From positions 1-56,311 of the IMG/VR virus record IMGVR_UViG_3300036833_000194: DNA of 56,311 nt; one strand, given 5' to 3'. Within the stretch, counting starts at the first letter, position 1; every line of letters starts with the position of its first letter. The notes beneath the pieces are model-generated. The model ran no database searches. It was given only the letters and a program-made list of their open reading frames with translations, and was not told the origin of the DNA. Source of the stretch: a virus (Duplodnaviria > Caudoviricetes). The translations under genes were made by a program, and so were the position numbers. Positions 35,983 through 45,328 of this stretch are shown here, in pieces.

Positions 35983-37094
35983 TCTGCTGCCTCGACCGAC
36001 GCATGTCCTCCATCCACGATGTCAGCCCCAATCCATCGCCGTCCCATGGATACGGCTATCCTCCCCCACGTAGCGGTCCCTGCAAATGGATCAAGAATCG
36101 TTTCCCCAGGCTCCGTCAAATGCTCAAACAGATTGGTAACTCCACCTTCCCCCTGTCCCCAATCGTGGGCATCCTTATCGCGGCTAGGCGGCAACAGAAC
36201 GTCAGGAATGAGCGACTTACCACGCCTGAATTCTTTCACATACCAAAGAACGGGCTTGAACTCGGCGATGATGAACTTTCCAGGCAACCGTCGCGACTGA
36301 TCATGCATCATCGCCATGATCCACCAATAGCGCAGGTGTTTATCAAAGATGGCGCAATCGCGGTTGATCGACCAATGACCGGTGTAACATATGAGCGACC
36401 CACCTGGGATCAGAACGCGGGCCGACCATTCGGCCAACCATCTATAGAGCGGCTCTGCTTCCGCAGGGTAGGGCGGATCGGTAAGAACCAATGGCACGGA
36501 ATTGTCCGGAACATCGGCAAAAACCTTGCGGCAATCGCCGATGCGCAATTCCATCCCATCTATGATCGGCAATGCCGCGCGCGAATCCTGCCGACGCTGT
36601 TCCGCTGTCTGTTGAGATGCAATCTGTTTTTCCTGACGTTGCACCAGCTTAGCTGACGCAGAACCGAGAAGAGGCGGCGGTGGGACATTTGTCCCGCCAT
36701 CGACTTTTGCCTTATTGTTTTTGTTGTGTTTTTCTAACTCCGGTGGGACATTTGTCCCAAGATCGCGATTCACCGTCTTGTTGCTTACGCCCAGCCCCTT
36801 CGCGATCGCCCTGTTGCTGGCTTTCGGCTGGAGGGCCTTGATCATCTTTGCGATATCCTTGCGCTCCTCGGCCGTTTTCTGCAATTTGTCGAACCCGATA
36901 CTTGCGACAAACGCATTGACATCGACAAACCGCCCACAATGTTCCCAGCGGTCACCTTGCAACAACCATTTGAGGGTCGGCATTGCCCGCTCAAATGTGA
37001 AACCGCTAATAAAAACATCTTCTTTCAGTTTTCCGTATGCTTCAGACTCAACAGATGGAACCGTGGCGACATCAGTCTTTTTCTTTCCAGCCAT
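35979..37094 (-). CDS. HTH-fused N6A/N4C DNA methyltransferase (beta class)
   Basis: SNRAIAKGLGVS.KTV.RD, GDC, LTDPPY, ILDPFAG. Confidence 0.85.
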   Translation of the reverse strand: MAGKKKTDVATVPSVESEAYGKLKEDVFISGFTFERAMPTLKWLLQGDRWEHCGRFVDVNAFVASIGFDKLQKTAEERKDIAKMIKALQPKASNRAIAKGLGVSNKTVNRDLGTNVPPELEKHNKNNKAKVDGGTNVPPPPLLGSASAKLVQRQEKQIASQQTAEQRRQDSRAALPIIDGMELRIGDCRKVFADVPDNSVPLVLTDPPYPAEAEPLYRWLAEWSARVLIPGGSLICYTGHWSINRDCAIFDKHLRYWWIMAMMHDQSRRLPGKFIIAEFKPVLWYVKEFRRGKSLIPDVLLPPSRDKDAHDWGQGEGGVTNLFEHLTEPGETILDPFAGTATWGRIAVSMGRRWIGADIVDGGHASVEAAE

Positions 37095-37101
37095 TTGATC
37101 C

Positions 37102-38607
37102 TCACTCCGCCGCCTGCCTCATCGGATTATTCTTCGATTTCGCCCAAGCGATGTTACGCGATCTGATCCACTGCGCAACCTCGAACGACGGTTCCTCCGC
37201 CATCACGTGGCGCATCCCGTTGGGCCAGACGCCGAACTTCTCGCGGTACTTGTGCGATATCCATCCTTCCTTGTAGCCGTGCTCGCGCGCGTAGCCGAGC
37301 AGCTCGCCGTAGAACTGCTCCTTCTCCAGGACAGTGTACTGCCGCTTCGCGCCGCTGCCCACGAAACTTTGCCCCGGCACGTACTCGACGAGCACGCCGT
37401 CCCGCTCGACCACGTCGCTCATCAGCGGCAGCGTGTGACCGCACTCGACGCACGTGCGGTTGAGGCGCGGAACGATGGCCGAGCATTGAGGGCATGGGCG
37501 AGGCAGCGGCTTCTTGCGCGGCGCTGCGTTGGCATTCTTCTGCGCATTGCCGTCGTCCAGGTGATCGTGATGAATGTCCGTCACCAACCCGAGCTCCAGC
37601 GTCGAGTTGGAGTGGTCGAGAATCACCGCATGGTCTTTGTTGGTCGCCGTTCGCAATGCTCGACCCAGAATCTGAGTGTACAAGATTTCACTCTTCGTTG
37701 GGCGAGCCAAGACCAAACATCTGACATCCCAGTCCACGCCTTGGCACAGCGTCCCGATATTACAGACCACGTCATATGTGCCGTTGTGGAACCCACGCTT
37801 GATGGCCTGGCGTTCGGCCGGCGGCGTCTCGCCGTCCTGATAGGCTGATCGAACACCGATCTCCTCGAACCGGTAGTGGATGGTCTCGGCGTGCCTCCTG
37901 TCCACCCCGAACACGAGCGTGTTGGGCTTTCCCCATAGCTGCTGCCACGTCCTCACGATGTCGGCCGTCAGCGTCCCCTGCTGCATGGCGTCCGCCAACT
38001 GGTCTTGGACATATTCGCCAGCAACAATCTTCACGCCCGAGAGATCGGGCTGCCCAGTGCAATAGACCTTGAATTTCGAGAGAAACCCCTTGTCGATGAG
38101 CTCTTGCGTTGTCGAGACCACGAGCAGCGAATGGAAATATTTTCCGAGCCCCTTCGACCACGGCGTCGCACTCAACCCGATGAACGGCACGTTCTCCCAT
38201 CCCGGTGCCGACAGCCACTGCTTGTGAAAGTCATGCAGCGAATGACACTCATCGAACACCACCACCTTGGCTTCGGGATATGACTGCCGGCTCCGCAGCG
38301 TCTGGATCGAACAGACCTGCACCGGCTTCGACCAATCTGTCATTCCGTGATTGGCTTGGATCACCCCGATTTCCCTGATCCCCTCGCTGTAGAAAGCCTC
38401 GACGGTCTGATCGATGAGCCCGATCGCGTTCACAACGAATGCCAAGCGGTTCCCTTTCCGAATCGCCCCGTCCGCTATCGCTGCGGCCATCAGAGTTTTT
38501 CCCGACCCCGTCGGTGCTTGCAGCACGATGCGCCTCACCCCCTGTGCTATCGACTGTCGCAACGCTGTCATTCCTTCCGATTGATGTTGCCACAGCTCGC
38601 GATTCAT
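37102..38607 (-). CDS. SF2 DEAD/DEAH helicase with Zn ribbon
   Basis: APTGSGKT, DECH, GLSATP, Q..GR.LR, CPQC...C.ECG. Confidence 0.92.
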   Translation of the reverse strand: MNRELWQHQSEGMTALRQSIAQGVRRIVLQAPTGSGKTLMAAAIADGAIRKGNRLAFVVNAIGLIDQTVEAFYSEGIREIGVIQANHGMTDWSKPVQVCSIQTLRSRQSYPEAKVVVFDECHSLHDFHKQWLSAPGWENVPFIGLSATPWSKGLGKYFHSLLVVSTTQELIDKGFLSKFKVYCTGQPDLSGVKIVAGEYVQDQLADAMQQGTLTADIVRTWQQLWGKPNTLVFGVDRRHAETIHYRFEEIGVRSAYQDGETPPAERQAIKRGFHNGTYDVVCNIGTLCQGVDWDVRCLVLARPTKSEILYTQILGRALRTATNKDHAVILDHSNSTLELGLVTDIHHDHLDDGNAQKNANAAPRKKPLPRPCPQCSAIVPRLNRTCVECGHTLPLMSDVVERDGVLVEYVPGQSFVGSGAKRQYTVLEKEQFYGELLGYAREHGYKEGWISHKYREKFGVWPNGMRHVMAEEPSFEVAQWIRSRNIAWAKSKNNPMRQAAE

Positions 38608-38820
38608 CGCTCGGCCTCCTGCTTCGCGCGAACCTTCTTTGCCCAGTTGGCGGCATTATCAGCATTCCGCGCGGCGTTCCGCGCATCGCGACGCGTCTGA
38701 TGCTTCTTGGCCAATGTTGCCCTCCTTTTTTTCAGCTTTTCTTCTCGTCTTCGTCGGCCTTCCCACCAGCTCGTGTCTGTCATGAAAAACTCCCTGTTTT
38801 CTCAGGATTTTGGGCGCAAT

Positions 38821-39225
38821 ACGGCCTTCCGTTAACACCTACCTACCCCTCCCATCCCTCAGCGGAGGGACGCGAAATGAAGGTGTGCGTGGCGTCCTCT
38901 AACTCTGTTTTGCATCCTGTTCGCCGGACCGCTCCGGCCACCTACGAAGCTCTCCGCAAAGGGCTTCGTAAGTGGGGGGATTTACCCCCCAAGGCCCGCC
39001 TCGCCTTTACGCGGTGGGCGGTAGTTGCCCGGATCATGAAAAACCCGGCAACCATGTGTGTTACCTCGGTCCGCCAAGACCTTCGGAAGCGTCGACACAC
39101 GGATTCCGCCGTGAAGCCCCGCCAGAGTGTTGGGGACATGTGGCCGCCCCCTGGGCATTGGCGCTGGTTCGCGACGCCCACGCGTATGCTCCGGCATGTC
39201 GCGGCCGGCCGCGCACTTGCGACGT
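38821..39225 (+). ncRNA. Candidate large structured RNA/ssDNA element (hairpin array)
   Basis: At least seven consecutive stems; G-U pairs favour the + strand. Confidence 0.5.
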
Positions 39226-39228
39226 CTC

Positions 39229-39582
39229 TCAATCGGATGATGTTTCCGGGATGCTGGGCCGTTTGGCAGGGCGCCCAGCTAAGGTCGGCCCAAGTTCGAA
39301 CTCGTTCAACGCGGCACGCATCAATTTGATGCGGCGCCACGCTTCTTTCTGGGAACATTCAAGAAGCAGATAACGGAAGCTGTCATTGACGCTCGCGGCC
39401 AGCATGCGGTCATCTGCAACAGTGCCGCGCGCTGGTTCTCTCCTTACATAACGCAGCCGCCAGCACCATTCGGCCGTTGGTACTGTCATTGAGGCACCGC
39501 CAATATCGACGGTGATGACACGATCAAACCCACGTAAGGGGTTGCGCAGACGTATTCCATCGTCTATGTGATTGTCTTCCAT
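39229..39582 (-). CDS. Hypothetical protein
   Basis: AAGGAGG RBS. Confidence 0.6.
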   Translation of the reverse strand: MEDNHIDDGIRLRNPLRGFDRVITVDIGGASMTVPTAEWCWRLRYVRREPARGTVADDRMLAASVNDSFRYLLLECSQKEAWRRIKLMRAALNEFELGPTLAGRPAKRPSIPETSSD

Positions 39583-39852
39583 GGTGCCTCCTTCTCAGGC
39601 AGCATCGGCAGCGCCGGATTGGTCCTCCGGCCCATTAGCGGGGTCGCCAGTTCATCGCTGGCGACCCTTCTAGCTTAGCCTAACTTTCGACATTTGCAAA
39701 TCTGTCATTTTTGGCCGTCCCGGTGCGGCGTCACGGGCGACTCGTCCAGTTCGACATTTGCAGCGCCGTTCTGGCCCTGAAATGCCACGGCGGATCGCAG
39801 GCGATGCAAGCGAAGTGACGCGCTAGTAATTCTTCGAACGGCGGCGGCGCTT

Positions 39853-40344
39853 TCACAGCATCGTCCCCAGCGCCGTCACGAACACCTCCATCCGCAGCCG
39901 CGGCCGCTCGTCGTAGTGCTTCTCGATCAGAAGCTTGACTATCCTGGCGTCGTCAACCCAGACGATCCGGTTGCAGGCGTCGAGGATGGCCTTGAGGATG
40001 TTGTCCGCGTCCGGCCTGCCGCTGGGCCTGCGGGCGCCTTGGAGCGCCAGCCGCTTCTGTCGGTCGCTCCAACTGTCGGGGACCGGCATGAACGCCGTCA
40101 CGCGGACGTTGAGCGGGTGCTCGTAGGGAGGCCGCCCAGCCATGGCCTGCTGCGCCGCATAGCGCAGCATCGCCTCGTAGGACCGCGATTCGGCGTCCTT
40201 GTAGACCGCGACGAACTGGTCGCCGCCCTTCTTGGTAGCGATGCGGGAGCGCGGTCGGCCTTGGCCACGGGGAGGCCCGGGAAGCTCGACCACGACGACC
40301 GGCTTACGCTTCTGCGGGAGGGGACAATCGGTGATCGCGTCCAT
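39853..40344 (-). CDS. rusA: RusA-family Holliday junction resolvase
   Basis: P.G.GRPR, RPDADNILKAILDACN.IVW.DD..IV.L...K.Y. Confidence 0.9.
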   Translation of the reverse strand: MDAITDCPLPQKRKPVVVVELPGPPRGQGRPRSRIATKKGGDQFVAVYKDAESRSYEAMLRYAAQQAMAGRPPYEHPLNVRVTAFMPVPDSWSDRQKRLALQGARRPSGRPDADNILKAILDACNRIVWVDDARIVKLLIEKHYDERPRLRMEVFVTALGTML

Positions 40345-40356
40345 CGTCAGAATTCT

Positions 40357-41031
40357 TCAGCCTCTTCCTTCGACGGCCGGCGGCAGGCGCGACGGGCCGA
40401 ACCCAGCGGCTGGCTTGTCCTCGGCCTCGCCGTGGGTTTCCGCGGCACCGTTCGCATTGGCATCGAGCGGCTTGAAGCCCTTGGCAAGCTTGCCTTGGTG
40501 CTCGTGGTAGCCGGCCATGTACTGGCGAAATTGTTCGCTGTTCGGGTCATATGGAGGCTTCGCCGGCTCGTTGTTCATCGATGCCATCTTTCCGGCGTCG
40601 AAAGCAACGTCCACGCTCGGCGTCCGGTCCGGCTGGGCGAACAGATCAAGCTGTGCCCCCATCGGGTGACCGATCCAACGCGCCACCTTCAGCCGGTCCT
40701 CGACCGCCGCGCGGACCTTCTGCTCCTGCTTGGGCGATCCGGACAGGTTGTCCGCGATCTGGAACTGCAGCACCTTGAAGCCGTCCGCCTTGAGCGCAGC
40801 CTTCAGGTCCCGCTCGACTTCGGCGAGCGCCTTGACCTTAGCCATCCAGCCGTTCCATGTGCGCCGGTGGCTGAGGAACAACTCCCGCATGTCGTCGTCG
40901 GCGGCCCTGCGGTTGTCCGCCGTCGTGAGCGGGCGCCCGTTTCCGCCGCTGCCGGCCGCCTTGGGCTCGCGCTTCTTCGCCGTCCGCTTCGGTGCGGTCA
41001 CTTTCGCCGCCGCCTTCTTCCTCTTGGCCAT
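40357..41031 (-). CDS. Conserved phage hypothetical protein
   Basis: GGAGG RBS; Q.DLF...A..AG......PPY motif. Confidence 0.7.
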   Translation of the reverse strand: MAKRKKAAAKVTAPKRTAKKREPKAAGSGGNGRPLTTADNRRAADDDMRELFLSHRRTWNGWMAKVKALAEVERDLKAALKADGFKVLQFQIADNLSGSPKQEQKVRAAVEDRLKVARWIGHPMGAQLDLFAQPDRTPSVDVAFDAGKMASMNNEPAKPPYDPNSEQFRQYMAGYHEHQGKLAKGFKPLDANANGAAETHGEAEDKPAAGFGPSRLPPAVEGRG

Positions 41032-41047
41032 CTCTCATGTCCTCCGT

Positions 41048-41503
41048 TCAGATGTGCGCCCGGGCGTGATGCTCCGGGCAATACGGTTTCTCTTCGTTGC
41101 ACTGGCCGCCGCAGAAGTGGAAGCCCGGATCGCGCGGGTCACCAAATGGCCACTTACACATGCCAACGCGCAGGTCCAGCAGCCCGCACGCGGCCTTGGC
41201 TTTCGTCTCCATCATCGGCTTCATCGGCAATGCTGGCGCTGGTGCGGCGGGATGATTGGCATGATGGCGCCTGCGTTTCTGCGCGCGCTTCACCTTGTGC
41301 GCAGCCTCCGCGGCCGAGGCCCTGTCGGTCTTGCGGACGAGCTTTGGTGCTGGCAGTTTCCTTTCCGGCGCGATGCCGAGGCGGTGGACCTTTCCAACTA
41401 TGGCGTTACGCGACACGTTGAGGCGTTCCGCTATGAGGCTGTAGCGGCAGCCCTGGCTGAGCATGGTCTTCAAGACTGTAAGTGCTTCGTCATCCCAGTT
41501 CAT
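41048..41503 (-). CDS. gcrA: GcrA-family cell-cycle regulator
   Basis: W.D.....L......G.....IA..L.VSRNAIVGKVHRLG...CKWP.GDP....F.FCG.......PYC..H. Confidence 0.92.
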   Translation of the reverse strand: MNWDDEALTVLKTMLSQGCRYSLIAERLNVSRNAIVGKVHRLGIAPERKLPAPKLVRKTDRASAAEAAHKVKRAQKRRRHHANHPAAPAPALPMKPMMETKAKAACGLLDLRVGMCKWPFGDPRDPGFHFCGGQCNEEKPYCPEHHARAHI

Positions 41504-41787
41504 GTCGAGACTCCGTGTGACGGCCGCTGGATTCCCGCCGGCCACCGCGCGCCTTTCGGCCAGTTCCTGTCGAACCAATCGATGGTCGAATCATAGGCCG
41601 CGACCGTGAACGCGAAGCGCTGCACCTTGTCAGTGAAGAACCGCTGGTCGTTCCTGACGTGGACGCCCACCACCGACAGCTTGATGCCCTTGGCGGAGCC
41701 ATACGCGGTGGCGAGCCTGGTCAGGTTGTCGGCGAGGTTGATCGCAACGCCATTGCGCACCGGTCGGTCTTTCGGTTGGGCTTTCAT
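41500..41787 (-). CDS. Cro-like regulator (alphaproteobacterial phage type)
   Basis: L..LA.AY......LS.V......D..FF...T...Y.....WF..NWP....WP..I.RP; first leftward gene at the divergence point. Confidence 0.65.
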   Translation of the reverse strand: MKAQPKDRPVRNGVAINLADNLTRLATAYGSAKGIKLSVVGVHVRNDQRFFTDKVQRFAFTVAAYDSTIDWFDRNWPKGARWPAGIQRPSHGVST

Positions 41788-41844
41788 GGGCGGGCACTCA
41801 ACCCCGGAACCGGTGCCGCCGTCAACAATGACGCCGCGGCGGTG

Positions 41845-41882
41845 TTGACGGCATCGAAACTCTATGCCTAGATTATTGCCTA
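41845..41882 (+). promoter_or_regulatory. Rightward early promoter with operator over the -10
   Basis: TTGACG-N18-TAGATT; TAGATTATTGCCTA at 41869-41882. Confidence 0.6.
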
Positions 41883-42006
41883 TCCAGGCTGCTAGCTGGA
41901 TCGAGGACGCGACACCATATCAGCGAACTCCTTCGCGCCCGGTGTCGCACACAGTGTGACCCCAAACGCGTCCGGGCTTAGCAGGCCGGGCGCGGAGGAG
42001 ACTGCA

Positions 42007-42636
42007 ATGAGCATAAAATTCAATGTTCTTAACCGTTGGTCTGATGAAATACAGTTCACCGCCGAGATTGATTGCGATGAGGATGCTCTGCCATCAATCA
42101 AAATCGGCCTATCAGTAAAATGGGCGATTAAAAGCAACGCGTCCCTGCGCGGCGCGGACCTGCGCGGCGCGGACCTGGGCGGCGCGGACCTGCGCGGCGC
42201 GTACCTGGGCGGCGCGGACCTGGGCGGCGCGGACCTGCGCGGCGCGGACCTGCGCGGCGCGTACCTGGGCGGCGCGGACCTGCGCGGCGCGGACCTGCGC
42301 GGCGCGTACCTGCGCGGCGCGTACCTGGGCGGCGCGGACCTGCGCGGCGCGTACCTGCGCGGCGCGTACCTGGGCGGCGCGGACCTGGGCGGTCGCAAAA
42401 TAAAAGATGCCGTCACGCTAGGCTACCCAGACAGATGGTCTGCCCTGACCTATGTGACAGAGGAGGGGGAACAACGAATCATCGTCGGTTGCCGGGACAA
42501 AACTCTCGCCGAGGGCCGCGCATATTGGGCTGGCAAGGATAACCGCCGCGAAGTGCTGGCAGTCATCGATTACGCCGAGGCGATCGGCCGAATACGCGAG
42601 TGGAATCGAAAAGACAAAGAAACAGTGGGAGACTAA
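42007..42636 (+). CDS. Pentapeptide-repeat protein
   Basis: 17 A(D/Y)L(R/G)G repeats, followed by a ...I.VGC... C-terminal domain. Confidence 0.9.
   Translation: MSIKFNVLNRWSDEIQFTAEIDCDEDALPSIKIGLSVKWAIKSNASLRGADLRGADLGGADLRGAYLGGADLGGADLRGADLRGAYLGGADLRGADLRGAYLRGAYLGGADLRGAYLRGAYLGGADLGGRKIKDAVTLGYPDRWSALTYVTEEGEQRIIVGCRDKTLAEGRAYWAGKDNRREVLAVIDYAEAIGRIREWNRKDKETVGD
42139..42393 (+). repeat. 17 x 15-bp coding tandem repeat
   Basis: gcg(g/t)acctg(c/g)gcggc; first and last units deviate slightly. Confidence 0.95.
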
Positions 42637-42639
42637 ATC

Positions 42640-42993
42640 ATGGCAGACATCGAGGGATATTCGGGCTGGGCACTCGTCGAGCAGATGGGTTTCCGCAAGA
42701 CCGTCGGTCGAGTCCAGGAGATCGAGCAATACGGTGCGAAGATGCTGAGGCTCGACATTCCGGTGTTCGGCGCTGACGGCAAGCCGAACGGCGAGTACGT
42801 GACGCGCTTCTGCGGCGGACCATCGCTGTATCAAGTGAGCCCGCTCGACGAGCAATTGGCTCTCGATTATGCGGTGCGGCAGTCCGATCCGCGGCCAGTG
42901 CGTCCGACCTCATACCAAGTCGAGGACAAGCGCGGCGACGCCGTTCATCACGACGAACTTATCGACGAAGCAGAATTGGAGTTTGAGCCATGA
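42640..42993 (+). CDS. Conserved phage hypothetical protein
   Basis: WA.VE.MG.R...GRV.E.E..G...LR.DIP. Confidence 0.7.
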   Translation: MADIEGYSGWALVEQMGFRKTVGRVQEIEQYGAKMLRLDIPVFGADGKPNGEYVTRFCGGPSLYQVSPLDEQLALDYAVRQSDPRPVRPTSYQVEDKRGDAVHHDELIDEAELEFEP

Positions 42994-44255
42994 AAATTTT
43001 GGAGCTCAGAGCCGAGAATTTCCGTCGTCTAAAGGCGGTATCAATCAGGCCGAACGGCGACTTGGTGCAGATCACCGGGAGAAATGGCAGCGGCAAGACC
43101 AGCACTTTGGACGCCATCTGGGTGGCCGTCCGCGGTCGCGCCGCAGCGCCGCCGGAGCCCATCCGCCGCGGCGAGGAAGAGGCGCGCATCACGCTCGACC
43201 TCGGCGAACTCGTCATCCAGCGCGGGTTCAAGCGCGACAAGGCCGGCGATGTCACCCAGTCCCTCAAGGTGACGCGGGCGGATGGCTCGGCGATCACCAA
43301 GTCGCCGCAGGCGGTGCTGGACTCGTTCGTCGGGGCACTGTCGTTCGACCCGCTGGCGTTCGCCCGGGCGAAGCCGTCCGAGCAGTTCGACCATCTCAAG
43401 GTGTTAGTGCCAGGCTTCGACTTCGACGCCAACGCGGCCGAGCGCAAGCGGCTGTTCGATGAGCGGACCGACACGAACAGGTTGTCCAAGCGCGACCGCG
43501 CGTCGGCGCAGAACATCGCCCTGCCGGCGGGGCCGAAGCCCGCGCCTGTGAACGTGACCGGGCTCCTCGACGAACTGACGAGGATAGGTGACCACAACGC
43601 GCAGGCCGAACGCATCGACATCAAGCGCAACGCCATCCGCGACGAGGCCGAGCGGAAGCGCGACGAGGCCGAGCGGCTGCGCGCCAGAGCGACAAGCCTC
43701 GAGAAGGAGGCCGACGCGCTGGACGAAAAGCTCGCGAGCGTCGAACTGGCCCAGAAGCCTCGGGAAGATGCCGGGCCGATCCGCGCCAAACTTGGTCAAG
43801 CTGAGACGACGAAAGGGATCATCTCGCTGTTCGATGCGCGCGAGTCGCTCGAGAATAAGGCCGCGGCGCAGGAGGCAAAGGCCCGTGATCTAACGCAAAA
43901 GATCGACGACCTCGACGCCGTGAAGGCGATCGCGATCGAGAAGGCCAAGATGCCGGTCGACGGCCTCGGGCTCGGCGACGGACTGGTCACGCTCAACGGC
44001 CTGCCATTCCAGCAGGCGAGCGACGCCGAGCAGCTCAGAACCTCGGTGGCGATCGCGATGGCGCTGAATCCGCAGCTCCGCGTCATCCGGGTGCATGAGG
44101 GCTCGCTGCTCGACAGCAAGTCGCTGGGCATGCTGGCAGCGATGGCCGGTAGCCGGGACATGCAGATCTGGATCGAGGCTGTTGACGAGAGCGGCGAGGT
44201 CGGATTCTACCTGGAAGACGGCGCGCTCGCAGCCGTGGACGGGGAGAAGGTCTGA
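42990..44255 (+). CDS. SMC/SbcC-like ATPase
   Basis: ENFRRL, ITG.NGSGKTS.LDAI, coiled coil, QAS..EQL, EGSLLD. Confidence 0.88.
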   Translation: MKILELRAENFRRLKAVSIRPNGDLVQITGRNGSGKTSTLDAIWVAVRGRAAAPPEPIRRGEEEARITLDLGELVIQRGFKRDKAGDVTQSLKVTRADGSAITKSPQAVLDSFVGALSFDPLAFARAKPSEQFDHLKVLVPGFDFDANAAERKRLFDERTDTNRLSKRDRASAQNIALPAGPKPAPVNVTGLLDELTRIGDHNAQAERIDIKRNAIRDEAERKRDEAERLRARATSLEKEADALDEKLASVELAQKPREDAGPIRAKLGQAETTKGIISLFDARESLENKAAAQEAKARDLTQKIDDLDAVKAIAIEKAKMPVDGLGLGDGLVTLNGLPFQQASDAEQLRTSVAIAMALNPQLRVIRVHEGSLLDSKSLGMLAAMAGSRDMQIWIEAVDESGEVGFYLEDGALAAVDGEKV

Positions 44256-44289
44256 TGGACTGGAAGATTGAAAAAAGGGAGGAAAGCAA

Positions 44290-45294
44290 ATGAACACCGT
44301 CACGGTTACGCACGGAACCGAAACGAAGCTGCTGCCTCTCGGGCTGCATTTCGGGCTGCCGGCTGACGTTTATCATCGCGACGCCGCCCTCGGATCGAGC
44401 GATCTGCGTTTGCTGGCACGCAATCCGTTTAATTTTTGGTGGCAATCATCATTGAATCCCGGCTGGAAGCCGAACGAGAAAGAGACCGAATCGCTCATCA
44501 ATGGTCGCGCGCTGCATAAGCTCGTGTATGAAGGCAACGAGGCTTTCAAGCGCGAGTTCGAGATCGGCCCGGACCAGACGGGGTTGTCGTCCGGCGAGAA
44601 GGGTGCGTCGACGCGCAAGGCGAACGAGGCCGCAGCCAAGATCGGCAAGACGTGCATCCGCTTGGAGGTGTGGGAGCGCATCGCCGTGACGGCTGCGATG
44701 ATCACCCGCAACCCAGACCTCGCCACGGTGTTCCAGGGCGGCCGATCTGAGGTTAGTTTTTTCTTCCTGATCAACGGCATACGGTGCAAGTGCCGGTGGG
44801 ATTACCTCAAGACGAGCATGCCGAAGGCCGGCCCGAACGCTGGCAAGCGGATCACCGGCATAGGAGATCTGAAGGGCATCGCGAACCAGTATGAGATGGA
44901 TCTGGAACAAGCCTGCTACAACGCTATCGCGACGTACCGCTACGACGCCCAGATCGCGCACTACCTCGACGCGCTGTCGCTCCTTGGGGCCGCGGTCAGC
45001 GACGGCCTGATCTACGGCGGCCATGATTCGGAATGGGTCAAGCGGGCAGCGTCGTGGGACCTGCGCGCGTTCCAGCTCATATTTCATCAGACCGAGGGTG
45101 CGCCGATCACGCACAGCATGATTTTCTCGCCCAACAACCCGATCGTCGAATCCGGCCGGGCGGTGATCCACAAAGGACTCGAGCGGTACGCTTACTGCAT
45201 GGAGAAGTTCGGCTCCGACAACGCGTGGCTCCTTCTGGATCCAGCGCGTGAGGCCGAGGTCGAGCGCATGCCGATGTTTTGGGGCAGAAGTTGA
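44290..45294 (+). CDS. RecE/ExoVIII-like PD-(D/E)XK exonuclease
   Basis: YH...ALGSSDL, G.ALH..V, E.S.F......CK.R.D, DLK, Y.YD.Q.A.Y. Confidence 0.85.
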   Translation: MNTVTVTHGTETKLLPLGLHFGLPADVYHRDAALGSSDLRLLARNPFNFWWQSSLNPGWKPNEKETESLINGRALHKLVYEGNEAFKREFEIGPDQTGLSSGEKGASTRKANEAAAKIGKTCIRLEVWERIAVTAAMITRNPDLATVFQGGRSEVSFFFLINGIRCKCRWDYLKTSMPKAGPNAGKRITGIGDLKGIANQYEMDLEQACYNAIATYRYDAQIAHYLDALSLLGAAVSDGLIYGGHDSEWVKRAASWDLRAFQLIFHQTEGAPITHSMIFSPNNPIVESGRAVIHKGLERYAYCMEKFGSDNAWLLLDPAREAEVERMPMFWGRS

Positions 45295-45328
45295 AAAGCA
45301 GCATCCGCAAACAGAGGGAACTGGAACC

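Noticed and set aside
42139-42393. CRISPR array
   Set aside because: Contiguous 15-bp coding repeats with no spacers and no cas genes.
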